Below the pieces are notes generated by a model. The model saw only the letters and a list, made by a program, of their open reading frames with translations. It was not told where the DNA came from and made no database searches. This document shows positions 1 through 11,147 of a stretch of DNA of 64,000 nt, in pieces. This DNA comes from Neocallimastix sp. 'constans'. Its lineage: Eukaryota. The stretch's first letter is position 1; each line of letters starts with the position of its first letter. The DNA lies in assembly GCA_050613775.1 (NCBI GenBank), contig JBODTK010000104.1, positions 1 to 64,000 on the forward strand, written 5' to 3'. Both the position numbers and the translations under genes were made by a program.

Positions 1-237
1 ATTTATATAATAAGAATTTCTAAATTCATTTCGGTTGAATTACGAACCGAAAGAATCTTTAACTTTCTATAATTTTATACAGAAAGAATATTCAAGAAGA
101 TATTATTAATAATTAATAAAATAATTAATAAAATAATTATTAATGCAAAATGGGTTGAGGTGTGAGTCGAACCCATGAAGTATTGGTCATGGTCATGTAA
201 CTAACCATTGAACCAAAGTTCTAATTTTACTAACTGT
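1..237 (-). mobile_element. Partial LTR related to element B (minus strand), carrying a tRNA-like A-box/B-box cassette
   Basis: The reverse complement reads AAAATTAGAACTT-TGGTTCAATGG...GGGTTCGACTCACACCT...TTTCTGTATAAA. This matches, in order, blocks of the B LTR (17590-17760), including 17 identical nt around the B-box. Confidence 0.65.
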
Positions 238-733
238 TGATAAGAATGTACTAAATAATGCATTCTTAATTAAATCTACGATTTATTTCTAATACATTAT
301 GTGTACATTATTATTTTTGTACTTTAATAAATTTTTAAATCCAAAGATCAAAAATTAAATCAAAAATTATATTAAACTTTATATTTTTATATTAAATCTT
401 ATATTAATAGTAATATTTTTATATATTTAAAACTTATATTAGCAATATTAATAATAAATCTTATTTTTTTTATATTAATAATGAAAATTTATATTAATAA
501 TATTTTTATATATTGATAATTAAAAATTTATATATTATATTTTAACTTTTTATTATAAAATTTTATATCGAAATGTTTTATTTTATATTGAAAAATATTT
601 TATTTTATTAAAAACCTTTATATTAGAATAGTATTTTTATTTTTATTTGAATATTTTAACAGATTGTAATAAAAATTATAGCCAATTAAATAAATTCTTA
701 TTAGTAATATTTTAGATATTTTTAAATAAATAA

Positions 734-786
<53 letters not shown>

Positions 787-1085
787 TTTTATTAATATTA
801 TAAATGTATTTTATTTATATTGTTATAATTAAATTTTATATAATTAATTATAAAAATCAATTTAAATTTAATAGTTTTTAAAAAAAAAAAATAAATAAAA
901 TGTAATTTAGTGGCAAGAACAACTTTTATGCCTTGAAAAAAAGTATAAATAGTTGTAAATTTTGCTACTAATTTTTAAATATCATCAAATAAAATCAAAT
1001 AAATTTATAAATAAAAATAATAAATAAATAAATAAAATTTGTGTTTCCTTACTTTATTTTTATTTAATTCTCTAAAACCTTAACA
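238..1085 (+). repeat. 5' LTR of A1
   Basis: TG...CA ends; near-identical to 8004-8850 and 15164-15989; TATA-like GTATAAATAG near 943. Confidence 0.93.
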
Positions 1086-1091
1086 TTTATA

Positions 1092-1111
1092 TGGTGGAGA
1101 TATCGGGGAAT
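1092..1111 (+). promoter_or_regulatory. Primer-binding site, tRNA-Ala type (also at 8857, 16794, 29670)
   Basis: TGGTGGAGATATCGGGGAAT is complementary to a tRNA 3' end ...CCCCGATATCTCCA-CCA, typical of eukaryotic tRNA-Ala. It is identical in families A and C. Confidence 0.8.
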
Positions 1112-1776
1112 TAAATAGAAATAATAGTAAATAACATAGATTTTTTTTTAATTTTTTTTTTATTTTATATTGATAAACAAGTAAGTCGTTAATCCTTTGA
1201 TTAACCCATGGCGCTTGTTTGATATATATATATAAAAAAAATTTTTTTTAAATAAGTAAAATTAAGATTCTAAAAAAACAAATTTTGTAAAATTATAACA
1301 AGGAGCGGATAGAGCTCATACACAGTGTATTCTCAGATAGCAACAAATTAACTCTATTCATAGTAGGTTATTGAATAGTAGTTAATTTGGAGATTAATTG
1401 GAAAGTAGACGAAGGTATTTGGTTACCGACCCGGTAATAATAGTTCAACCTTCAACGTTTCAACACACGAAGGTGCGGGTACTTTCCAAGCACTGGCGAA
1501 TAAGGAGCTTACGTCACCGAAGGCGTAAGATTGTTTTTTTTATATAATTTTTTTTACTTTTCTTTGTGCTAGTTATAAGGCACTTTATTATATAAAGTAT
1601 CAGACTTTGGCTAACTTCGCCATTTAAATTTTTTTTATTTTTTTTTATTACTGGTACTTTATTTGTTATATAATTCCTGTAATAGAATCTTAATTTACTT
1701 TGAAAATATTGTGTTTTTAGTTAATTTTTATTAGTTAATAAAAATATTATTGAATACTTTTAAAATTTTTTTATTC

Positions 1777-1936
1777 CGTACATAGATTATCGGATTAAGT
1801 TTATCCTACATAGTAATTGGGCTAGTGGGCTCTGAACTGCTATATTTTATATTGAATATAGTAATCGTGGCACACGCGTGGCATGACACCATTAGGTAAG
1901 CTGCACGTCAGACAGTGTGTACTATCAGATTGTACG
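1777..1936 (+). ncRNA. Conserved structured RNA element in the A/C leader (copies at 9542-9701, 23651-23814, 30359-30518)
   Basis: Apart from the PBS it is the only leader block clearly conserved between A and C. It shows compensatory changes, e.g. CGTACA/TGTACG versus CGTGCA/TGCACG. Confidence 0.65.
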
Positions 1937-2106
1937 ACAATAAAGATTATTTTTTTGTATTTAATAATTATAATTAATTAATAATTTTATTAGCTATAAC
2001 AATACAATATTTATCGTTTAAAAAGAAAAATTTTTGAAAGGTGAAAATAATAAATAAAACTTTGCTTCTAAATTTATTACTACAAATATACTAAATTACA
2101 AAATTC

Positions 2107-2294
2107 AAGTGGTCGATAAAGATTTCGAGCTTGAAAAATATTCTATTAAGTTGTCGATAAAGATTTCGAACTTAAAATTATTCTATTAAGTTGTCGATAA
2201 AGATTTCGAACTTAAAATTATTCTTAAAAAAGTAGTCGAAAAGAACCTCGTGCTTTATAATTTCTACTAAGTTGTCGATAAGGATTTCGAGCTT
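2107..2294 (+). repeat. Five ~40-bp tandem hairpin repeats in the A leader
   Basis: Unit AAGTTGTCGATAAAGATTTCGAACTT plus an AT-rich linker; present in all three A copies. Confidence 0.85.
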
Positions 2295-2476
2295 ATACTT
2301 ACTAAAGAAAGCAAATAAAATTATTATTTTCAAAAATTACTAAGATATATTGTTTTAAAATTTGATTCGATATTAAATTACTTGTTAAATTATATTTTTA
2401 AAGTTGGACTTTCAAATTTATTCGTATTTAATAACCTCGTTAATTTACAATAAAAAAATTATTAACTAAAAACGAA

Positions 2477-3382
2477 ATGTCTACTAAAAGTACTTTAAGT
2501 TTTAAAGAATTAAAGAAAGAATTACGAGACATAGTGAAGCTTAGCAAGGACAATTTAGATATAAAGTCCTGGGCTACTGAATTAAAACTTTGGATCAAGA
2601 TACAAGGTATCACAGATCCGGAAACAATATTTAATGCTTGTTTACTTACCAGCTCTGGTGAAGTACAACGCGTTATTGAAGATTTGGGAGAAGATAGTGA
2701 TGATGAAAGTGATGATTCATCAGATGAAGAAGAAGATGATGAAGAAGAAAATGTTGATGATGATAAATTTCCTTCTCTTGAAAAAATTATTTCAAGTCTT
2801 GAAAATTTTTACGGTATTAAAGAAGACCAAAATTTACTTCTTAAAGAACTTCGTGCAATGCGAATTAAAAGAAACGAAAAGATTAAAGACTTTAATGTAA
2901 GATATAGAACTTTGTACACTAAACTTGATAAAAAGAGAAGAAAGCGCATTGGTGTACTAGATTATATTGACTCTATTCAAAATAATTATGAAGCCTGGAA
3001 GAAATTATCCCTTAAAGATGATATAAGTATGGAGAAAGCTTTCAAAATTGCCGAGAAAGTAGATAGACTTTCTGTAAGGAACAATAATATTAATACCTAT
3101 AATGTTAATAATTCCCAGCATAATCAAAATAATCAAAACAGTACTACTTCAAGACTTTATCCTAAAAGAAGAAACGAAACTTTCCAAACAAGTCAAACAA
3201 ATAATAAACTGAAACCTCAAGATATTATAGAAGAATCAACCCAGAAAATGAGAAATTTATCTGTTAAAACTTGCTTCTTCTGTAAGGAAGAAGGTCATTA
3301 CTCATACTATTGCCCTCAATTAAATAAGATTATGGAAAAAAATAAAAAAGAAATATATTCCAAAAAGTCTTTAAACTTCTAA
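2477..3382 (+). CDS. gag: Gag, family A copy 1
   Basis: 301-aa ORF with an acidic tract and a C-terminal CCHC knuckle (CFFCKEEGHYSYYC), lying between PBS and pol. Confidence 0.93.
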   Translation: MSTKSTLSFKELKKELRDIVKLSKDNLDIKSWATELKLWIKIQGITDPETIFNACLLTSSGEVQRVIEDLGEDSDDESDDSSDEEEDDEEENVDDDKFPSLEKIISSLENFYGIKEDQNLLLKELRAMRIKRNEKIKDFNVRYRTLYTKLDKKRRKRIGVLDYIDSIQNNYEAWKKLSLKDDISMEKAFKIAEKVDRLSVRNNNINTYNVNNSQHNQNNQNSTTSRLYPKRRNETFQTSQTNNKLKPQDIIEESTQKMRNLSVKTCFFCKEEGHYSYYCPQLNKIMEKNKKEIYSKKSLNF

Positions 3383-3422
3383 ATGGGAGCAGAAGCACTC
3401 CCAATGACAAAACAATAGCTTC
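3370..3422 (+). promoter_or_regulatory. -1 ribosomal frameshift signal (UUUAAAC + H-type pseudoknot); copies at 11135, 24878, 31952
   Basis: In-frame T TTA AAC, a 7-nt spacer, stem TGGGAG/CTCCCA, and loop GAAGC pairing with downstream GCTTC. The -1 frame is open into pol. Confidence 0.85.
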
Positions 3423-6400
3423 ATTAAATAATTTACAAAATAATACTTTTACCAAGAATACCCCAATTGATAATAATTCCTTTAATAAAGAATCTGAAGA
3501 ATCTGATTTTAGTGACACAACTGAAAGTGAGGATGATATCATTATAAATGCTATAAAAAGAAAAATGAATGATAATAACAGCGAAAAGGAAGAAAATAAT
3601 TCCAAGAAAGTACATAAAAGTTTAAAAAGATAATCCACGTCCTTTCGCAACTCCTGCTTTAAGAAAGAAGAAAGAAAATGAGCTACATAATAAACCAAAT
3701 AAAGTTTATAAAAATCAAATACTTCCTTCAATTTTAACTCAACCAAATATTAACAAAGAAAAACAAAAAGAAAAGGAATTAAGAAAAATAAACAAGAGTA
3801 AGAGAAAGTAAAGAAGAAAACAACAATTATTCATCAAAAGGAAAGGAAAAAGTTGAATCTGAAGATATACTCGTAATCGATAATGAAATAGAAGATCTAG
3901 AAATGAATAAAGATAATCAACAAAATAAAACTAATACTTTGGAAAAATTAATTTCAACAAAAACTAAAGAAACTAATAATGGAAATACTCAGTTAGTAAA
4001 AAGGAATATTAAAATGATGAATAATAAAGAACCTTACAATATTATGGATGATTTAAAATAATCTTAAATCCAGTATTACGATAGGTCAACTCTTGAATGC
4101 ATGTCCGAAAATTCGTTCACAATTAACTCAAGGTTTAAAGTTAGAAAAGTCTAAAATAATTGGGACTGTAGACAATGTAATAGCACGAACTTTATTAGTA
4201 AATAACTATGATCATAGCTACATAAGTAAAAGTAATGAAGTAGCCGAAGAAGACTTAGCAATGGTTGATGCAAGTGTTGACGGAGTACTAGGAAAACTTT
4301 TAATTGATTCTTGTAGTAACCTAAGCATCGTTACTAAGCAGTATTTTGATAAATTACCTGGTGAATATGAAACAGTTGGAAAAAGTCGTGGAAGAATCCA
4401 ACTAGCAACACAAGATGAAGAATACTCGGAAGGAATTATTGTTCAATTACCAGTAAAAATTAATAATTATGAATTTAATGCGGACTTTAGAATTATTGAG
4501 AAAGAAGACTCATTTTATGATATGTTAATAAACTTTAAAACTCAAATCGATCATTGTTTATTTATTCATCCGACCTTAAACAGTTTATGTAAACTTTTGT
4601 CAGAAAGTGAATACGAAGAAATAGCTAAAATAAATAATCAATATTATGATGAAGAAAGTATAATTTGCACTATTAGAAAAGTTAAAGAAACGAATAATGA
4701 AAAGGAAATTATAAAGGAATTAACTCCAATGGAATTTATTGAGAGTGATGAATTTTTAAGTACCTTAAATAAAGATTATAAAGAACAAATTATTAAAATT
4801 CTCAAAGAAATGATTGACATAGTTGCCACTTCAACAGAAGAACTAACTCCTTCTAAACTTTCACCACATAAGATCCGTTTGAAAGCAAATGCAAAGCCAG
4901 TAAAATTAAGAAGTTATAGGTTAACTAAATTAAAATCAGATATCTTAAAAGAAGAACTTACAAAGCTTATTAAGAAAGGATTGATAGAACCATCCTGTTC
5001 AGAATGGTCATCTCCAGTAGTACTCATTCTAAAACACAATGGAAAGTGGCGCTTGTGTATTGACTACCGAAAAGTCAATGATATGACAGAAAAAGATTCT
5101 TATTCAGTTCCATATATAGATGAAATTTTTGATAGTCTCGGAGGATCTAAAATATTTACAACTCTTGATTTATTTTCTGGTTTTCACCAAATCTTAATGG
5201 ATGAAGAAAGCGTTGAAGTAACCACTTTCACTACTAAGTTTGGAAATTATCAATTTAAGGTTATGCCTTTTGGACTTACTGGAGCTCCCTCAACCTTCCA
5301 AAGAGAAATGAATAAAATTTTATTCCCTTTTATTGGTGAATTTGTTTATGTATTTATTGATGATGTTTTGATCTATTCAAAAAGTATCGAAGAACATTTA
5401 ATTCATATTAAACAAGTATTAGAAGTATTTAAAGAAAACAAGTTAAAAATTAATATTGAAAAGTGCCATTTTCTTCAAACTGAAGTTGATGTATTAGGTC
5501 ACAAACTTACTACTAAAGGATTAAGTCCCATGGAAAGTAAAATAACAGCTATTAAGAAGTGGGAAGCCCCTTCATCAATTCATGAATTAAGATCATTTCT
5601 AGGAGCAATAGGGTATTATCGTGACTTTATCCCTAAATATGCTCAAATTACCTCACCTTTATGTAAATTATTGAAAAAGAATACTAAATATGAATGGAAT
5701 AAAGAACAACAAGAAAGCTTTGAACTCCTAAAAGAAAAATTAATCAATGCACCTATTCTAAAATTTCCGTCATTTGACAAACCTTTTATCATTAGAACTG
5801 ATGCTTCGTATAATGGAATTGGTGGAGTTCTTTTACAAAAAGAAGAAGAAACCGGTAAGGAGCATCCAATACACTTTATAAGTAGAAGTTTGAAGAAAAC
5901 TGAAAAGAATTATGGTATCACAGATTTGGAAGGAACAGCTTTATTTTACTGTATGACTAAATTTAAATCTTATATTGAAGGAAATCCATTACCTACAACT
6001 ATTTACACAGATCATAAACCATTAGTTGGTTTATTTAAGAATAAAGAACCTTTGAATGCAAGGCAAACAAGATGGTGTCTAACCGCTAGTATGCTTGGAA
6101 TTAATATAAAATATGAATCAGGCAAAAAGAATGTGTTAGCTGATGCTCTTTCAAGAATGAAAAGTAAGGAAGAGAGAAAGATATTATTAACAAAAATTAC
6201 TAATGGAAATAATGAAGAATTATTATCTAAGGTTATAAAGGAATTTATTAATGAAAAGTTTACTGTTATTGATGGTGAAGATTACTTTATCGACAATGGA
6301 AATTATAGAAAATTAATAACGGACGAAAATGAAAGGTTTAAATTAATTTTAGAAGCTCATAATATTGGCCACGAAGGATATTACAAAACATATCAAAGAC

Positions 6401-7383
6401 TTAAGAAAAACTTTTATTGGAATCATATGATTAAAGATATCAAAAGAATTGTTAGTAATTGTGAAAAATGCCAATTAAATCGTCCTCAACCATATCCAGA
6501 ACCAACCGAAAACCATCCAACTAAAGTGGAGGGTCCCTTTGTGCATTTAGGATTAGATATTATAGGACCGTTACCAAAAACAAGAAATAATAATCAATAT
6601 ATTATAGTAACTGTTGATTACTTTACCAAATGGGTTGAAGCCGAACCCACTGAAAACATAACTTCCTCTGATATAATTAAATTTTTAATAAACGTTTTTG
6701 CAAGACATGGTGTACCTCAAGTTATTACTACTGATAATGGAGTCCAATTCACTTCTGATATGACTAAAATCTTTCTTGATCTTTATGATGTATATGTTAA
6801 ATTTGTAGCTACTTACCACCCTGAATCAAATGGCCTTACTGAAAATCGAAATAAAGAAATTGGAAAATTACTCCGTTTATTAGGAAGGAAAAATCAAGAT
6901 TGGGATGAAGTTTTACCTTCTGCTTTATGGGCACTTCGAACTACCAAAAATACAGCTACTGGACATTCTAGTTTTGAATTAGTATATGGAAGAGAAGACC
7001 AACAGCCTTATGATATAGCCATAAGAACAATTGAAAATGCAGGTAAATCATATGATGAAATCTTAATGGAAAAATTTGTTCGTCATTATCAATGGACTAG
7101 AGAAGCATGCGAAAATGTGAAGAATGCTAACAAGTATTGGGCAACAAGACGAGAAGAACAAATAAGTATGAAAAAAGGAAAAGAATTAAAGGCTGGTGAT
7201 CTTGTTCTTGTTAGAAACTTTAGCCGCACTAAGCTAGAACCATATTACAATGGACCATTTAAAATTTTAAAAATTCAATTCAACACGGCAACCCTAATCG
7301 ATCAGAAGACTGGAAAGCAACTCGATAGGAATGTTCACTTTAAAAATTTAGTAAAGTTTAACTCCGCTTACAGAGAAGCTTGA
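3370..7383 (+). CDS. pol: Pol, family A copy 1 (three +1 A-run insertions near 3629, 3790, 4058 relative to A2/A3)
   Basis: PR (IDSCS), RT (FIDD, MPFGL), RNase H (TDAS, TDHKPL), integrase (HHCC, DD35E, GPF). The continuous ORF covers only 4093-7383. Confidence 0.88.
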
Positions 7384-7897
7384 GTCTTCGTCGGGGCATC
7401 TTGATAAGAATGTACTAAATAATGCATTCTTAATTAAATCTACGATTTATTTCTAATACATTATGTGTACATTATTATTTTTGTACTTTAATAAATTTTT
7501 AAATCCAAAGATCAAAAATTAAATCAAAAATTATATTAAACTTTATATTTTTATATTAAATCTTATATTAATAGTAATATTTTTATATATTTAAAACTTA
7601 TATTAGCAATATTAATAATAAATCTTATTTTTTTTATATTAATAATGAAAATTTATATTAATAATATTTTTATATATTGATAATTAAAAATTTATATATT
7701 ATATTTTAACTTTTTATTATAAAATTTTATATCGAAATGTTTTATTTTATATTGAAAAATATTTTATTTTATTAAAAACCTTTATATTAGAATAGTATTT
7801 TTATTTTTATTTGAATATTTTAACAGATTGTAATAAAAATTATAGCCAATTAAATAAATTCTTATTAGTAATATTTTAGATATTTTTAAATAAATAA

Positions 7898-7950
<53 letters not shown>

Positions 7951-10241
7951 TTTTATTAATATTATAAATGTATTTTATTTATATTGTTATAATTAAATTT
8001 TATTGATAAGAATGTACTAAATAATGCATTCTTAATTAAATCTACGATTTATTTCTAATACATTATGTGTACATTATTATTTTTGTACTTTAATAAATTT
8101 TTAAATCCAAAGATCAAAAATTAAATCAAAAATTATATTAAACTTTATATTTTTATATTAAATCTTATATTAATAGTAATATTTTTATATATTTAAAACT
8201 TATATTAGCAATATTAATAATAAATCTTATTTTTTTTTATATTAATAATGAAAATTTATATTAATAATATTTTTATATATTGATAATTAAAAATTTATAT
8301 ATTATATTTTAACTTTTTATTATAAAATTTTATATCGAAATGCTTTATTTTATATTGAAAAATATTTTATTTTATTAAAAACCTTTATATTAGAATAGTA
8401 TTTTTATTTTTATTTGAATATTTTAACAGATTGTAATAAAAATTATAGCCAATTAAATAAATTCTTATTAGTAATATTTTAGATATTTTTAAATAAATAA
8501 ATAAAAAAAAAAAAAAAAAAAAAAAATAAAAAAAAAAAAAAAAAAAAAAATGTTTTATTAATATTATAAATGTATTTTATTTATATTGTTATAATTAAAT
8601 TTTATATAATTAATTATAAAAATCAATTTAAATTTAATAGTTTTTATAAAAAAAAAATAAATAAAATGTAATTTAGTGGCAAGAACAACTTTTATGCCTT
8701 GAAAAAAGTATAAATAGTTGTAAATTTTGCTACTAATTTTTAAATATCATCAAATAAAATCAAATAAATTTATAAATAAAAATAATAAATAAATAAATAA
8801 AATTTGTGTTTCCTTACTTTATTTTTATTTAATTCTCTAAAACCTTAACATTTATATGGTGGAGATATCGGGGAATTAAATAGAAATAATAGTAAATAAC
8901 ATAGATTTTTTTTTAATTTTTTTTTTATTTTATATTGATAAACAAGTAAGTCGTTAATCCTTTGATTAACCCATGGCGCTTGTTTGATATATATATATAA
9001 AAAAAATTTTTTTTAAATAAGTAAAATTAAGATTCTAAAAAAACAAATTTTGTAAAATTATAACAAGGAGCGGATAGAGCTCATACACAGTGTATTCTCA
9101 GATAGCAACAAATTAACTCTATTCATAGTAGGTTATTGAATAGTAGTTAATTTGGAGATTAATTGGAAAGTAGACGAAGGTATTTGGTTACCGACCCGGT
9201 AATAATAGTTCAACCTTCAACGTTTCAACACACGAAGGTGCGGGTACTTTCCAAGCACTGGCGAATAAGGAGCTTACGTCACCGAAGGCGTAAGATTGTT
9301 TTTTTTATATAATTTTTTTTACTTTTCTTTGTGCTAGTTATAAGGCACTTTATTATATAAAGTATCAGACTTTGGCTAACTTCGCCATTTAAATTTTTTT
9401 TATTTTTTTTTATTACTGGTACTTTATTTGTTATATAATTCCTGTAATAGAATCTTAATTTACTTTGAAAATATTGTGTTTTTAGTTAATTTTTATTAGT
9501 TAATAAAAATATTATTGAATACTTTTAAAATTTTTTTATTCCGTACATAGATTATCGGATTAAGTTTATCCTACATAGTAATTGGGCTAGTGGGCTCTGA
9601 ACTGCTATATTTTATATTGAATATAGTAATCGTGGCACACGCGTGGCATGACACCATTAGGTAAGCTGCACGTCAGACAGTGTGTACTATCAGATTGTAC
9701 GACAATAAAGATTATTTTTTTGTATTTAATAATTATAATTAATTAATAATTTTATTAGCTATAACAATACAATATTTATCGTTTAAAAAGAAAAATTTTT
9801 GAAAGGTGAAAATAATAAATAAAACTTTGCTTCTAAATTTATTACTACAAATATACTAAATTACAAAATTCAAGTGGTCGATAAAGATTTCGAGCTTGAA
9901 AAATATTCTATTAAGTTGTCGATAAAGATTTCGAACTTAAAATTATTCTATTAAGTTGTCGATAAAGATTTCGAACTTAAAATTATTCTTAAAAAAGTAG
10001 TCGAAAAGAACCTCGTGCTTTATAATTTCTACTAAGTTGTCGATAAGGATTTCGAGCTTATACTTACTAAAGAAAGCAAATAAAATTATTATTTTCAAAA
10101 ATTACTAAGATATATTGTTTTAAAATTTGATTCGATATTAAATTACTTGTTAAATTATATTTTTAAAGTTGGACTTTCAAATTTATTCGTATTTAATAAC
10201 CTCGTTAATTTACAATAAAAAAATTATTAACTAAAAACGAA

Positions 10242-11147
10242 ATGTCTACTAAAAGTACTTTAAGTTTTAAAGAATTAAAGAAAGAATTACGAGACATAGT
10301 GAAGCTTAGCAAGGACAATTTAGATATAAAGTCCTGGGCTACTGAATTAAAACTTTGGATCAAGATACAAGGTATCACAGATCCGGAAACAATATTTAAT
10401 GCTTGTTTACTTACCAGCTCTGGTGAAGTACAACGCGTTATTGAAGATTTGGGAGAAGATAGTGATGATGAAAGTGATGATTCATCAGATGAAGAAGAAG
10501 ATGATGAAGAAGAAAATGTTGATGATGATAAATTTCCTTCTCTTGAAAAAATTATTTCAAGTCTTGAAAATTTTTACGGTATTAAAGAAGACCAAAATTT
10601 ACTTCTTAAAGAACTTCGTGCAATGCGAATTAAAAGAAACGAAAAGATTAAAGACTTTAATGTAAGATATAGAACTTTGTACACTAAACTTGATAAAAAG
10701 AGAGGAAAGCGCATTGGTGTACTAGATTATATTGACTCTATTCAAAATAATTATGAAGCCTGGAAGAAATTATCCCTTAAAGATGATATAAGTATGGAGA
10801 AAGCTTTCAAAATTGCCGAGAAAGTAGATAGACTTTCTGTAAGGAACAATAATATTAATACCTATAATGTTAATAATTCCCAGCATAATCAAAATAATCA
10901 AAACAGTACTACTTCAAGACTTTATCCTAAAAGAAGAAACGAAACTTTCCAAACAAGTCAAACAAATAATAAACTGAAACCTCAAGATATTATAGAAGAA
11001 TCAACCCAGAAAATGAGAAATTTATCTGTTAAAACTTGCTTCTTCTGTAAGGAAGAAGGTCATTACTCATACTATTGCCCTCAATTAAATAAGATTATGG
11101 AAAAAAATAAAAAAGAAATATATTCCAAAAAGTCTTTAAACTTCTAA
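10242..11147 (+). CDS. gag: Gag, family A copy 2
   Basis: 301 aa, differs from A1 gag by one residue; CCHC knuckle. Confidence 0.93.
   Translation: MSTKSTLSFKELKKELRDIVKLSKDNLDIKSWATELKLWIKIQGITDPETIFNACLLTSSGEVQRVIEDLGEDSDDESDDSSDEEEDDEEENVDDDKFPSLEKIISSLENFYGIKEDQNLLLKELRAMRIKRNEKIKDFNVRYRTLYTKLDKKRGKRIGVLDYIDSIQNNYEAWKKLSLKDDISMEKAFKIAEKVDRLSVRNNNINTYNVNNSQHNQNNQNSTTSRLYPKRRNETFQTSQTNNKLKPQDIIEESTQKMRNLSVKTCFFCKEEGHYSYYCPQLNKIMEKNKKEIYSKKSLNF

Larger units (their letters stand above)
238..8003 (+). mobile_element. Ty3/gypsy LTR retrotransposon, family A copy 1 (3' LTR truncated)
   Basis: 5' LTR 238-1085 (TGATAAG...CTTAACA), PBS 1092, gag, pol (PR-RT-RH-IN). The 3' LTR 7402-8003 breaks off where the copy-2 LTR begins. 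Confidence 0.95.

Noticed and set aside
2107..2294. CRISPR-like array of palindromic repeats (likewise 18231-18470)
   Set aside because: The linkers are short and near-identical rather than unique spacers, there are no cas genes, and the arrays are internal to eukaryotic retrotransposons.
2634..3746. Short overlapping or antisense ORFs in gag/pol (also 19180-22386, 23966-24310, 26875-27081, 40342-40551)
   Set aside because: They are shadow frames of the real ORFs with no domain features; their recurrence merely reflects element copies.
3600..4070. Additional programmed frameshifts in A1 pol
   Set aside because: All three are extra A's in homopolymers and are absent from A2/A3, so they are likely sequencing error or decay.
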